Shown here in pieces: positions 62,820-64,000 of a stretch of DNA of 64,000 nt. The position numbers and the translations under genes are program-made. Below the pieces are notes generated by a model, which saw nothing but the letters and a program-made list of their open reading frames with translations, did no database searches and had not been told where the DNA came from. Numbering within the stretch: position 1 is the first letter of the stretch; every line of letters starts with the position of its first letter. This stretch comes from Orbicella franksi. Taxonomy: Eukaryota. The stretch covers positions 3,224,001 to 3,288,000 of the forward strand of contig OZ116707.1 of the NCBI GenBank assembly GCA_964199315.1, read 5' to 3'.

Positions 62820-63360
62820 CCCATTGACTCCTGTGCTGGCTGTAACCGGCCACGCAAAAACCTACCCTCAATTTCCTGTGCCAGCCGTAACTGGCCGTAA
62901 AAAAGCGTGTGGAGTCTAGGCCCTGTACCGTCTCCCCCTGAGGTCATGTTTTTATTTTGTTGTCATAGTAATAAACTGGGGTGATTAGCCAATCATTTAC
63001 CATCTTTTGGGCACTTTTTGACAGATGATGAGAGGTTCCACGAGGTCAGTGATTTCTCAAGAAAAATTTCATGCACGCAGTCAAATTATTGGTAGGTGTG
63101 AGACAATGGTAGAGAACACTGCAAGAGAACCCAATCTTGTGGCTATTTTCGAAGACTTAGGGGATGAAGGAAGCTGTGATGGGTTTGCAGGTAGAAGTAG
63201 TAATAACGATAGTGATGTGGATCTTGTAGGTTTAGAGGACGATGATGGTGGCCCAGCACCTGGCGACGTTTGCTTCACCGATTATCACATGCTGTCGTCG
63301 TCGGCAACCATTCGTCTCGGGAGACAATGGTATAGTGCTATGTCAATGCTGAGCTGTTAA
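62820..63360 (+). mobile_element. Possible piggyBac 5' end with acidic transposase N-terminus relic
   Basis: TTAA (62816-62819) + CCCATTGACTCC terminus; downstream acidic ORF 63025-63360 (EDLGDEGSCDG...SDVDLVGLEDDD). No catalytic domain or partner TIR was seen. Confidence 0.35.
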
Positions 63361-64000
63361 AAGTTTTTGCTTGCAGGCTGTCCATCTCCTGAGTCCTCGT
63401 TCGCCAAGAGTCTATATTGTGAGAGAAACTGAGATATTTAAGATTAGTACTTACCGTAATGTAAATATTACTCATTTTATCCGTATGTTTGAAATCGGGA
63501 ATTATTTGCAAATTTTCGCTTTGCGAGTCGGTTTGTTTACAGTTGTTGGGCAGGTGAGAAGATTCCCGTTTCAGAGATAATTAATTTTGGCCTCAATTTG
63601 GCTTCTTTTTGGCTTCATTTTTCCTTGGTATTTGGCTGCTAATATACCATAACAGAAATCTTGTTGATCTTGAATTTTTTTTTTGTCATATTTGCTTTGT
63701 TTTTGTCATCTATATTTACATAGTCCGCTTCCCTTTGGCTGTGTAAATCAATTTCTGTCAGTGGTGTTCAAATGATACTCCTACATTTTTATTTCAGTAC
63801 GAGATGAAAGTTTATGCTTTTTTTTCATTAATATATTTTAATCTGTCCATTGACAGTCCTAGATACTTAAATATCAATTTTGATCTTGTACAGCAATGAT
63901 AATTTACTTAACAATGAAAACAATGTTGTTTTTGGATTAACTCACTATGTAAACCAAAACTCACGGAAGAGTTTGGGAGCACAAAGAAACGTTCTTGTTA

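Overview
This is AT-rich eukaryotic (animal) genomic DNA with GT-AG introns. The repeat families suggest a stony coral or other cnidarian, which is an inference. I found no convincing host gene: the window is a stack of nested transposable elements. From left to right it holds a hAT-like transposase end (1-2521), a Harbinger nuclease relic and several MITEs, followed by a pogo element nested in an integrase-core (IS3EU-like) relic. Next is a Gypsy element split by a BEL/Pao element with both LTRs (14422-20615, 5-bp TSD CAGGT). Then come L2/CR1-like, Penelope (with a candidate minimal hammerhead ribozyme) and L1/Tx1 fragments, and an EnSpm/CACTA-type transposase with a divergent accessory gene. 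The main feature is a ~19.7-kb Academ (AcademH-like) DNA transposon at 37915-57660, with 18-bp perfect TIRs and a 9-bp TSD, inserted into a tRNA-derived repeat. It carries two convergent spliced genes that appear intact: a zinc-finger + RecQ helicase (732 aa) and a 1176-aa transposase with ankyrin repeats inserted in its catalytic region. Two Sola derivatives sit inside it. One is Sola2-like and carries a spliced Tudor-like/BEN-domain gene; the other is Sola3-like with ~950-bp TIRs. Unassigned ORFs, a second BEN-domain pseudogene, a Gypsy-type LTR and a possible piggyBac end follow. Family assignments come from motif recognition by eye, not database searches.
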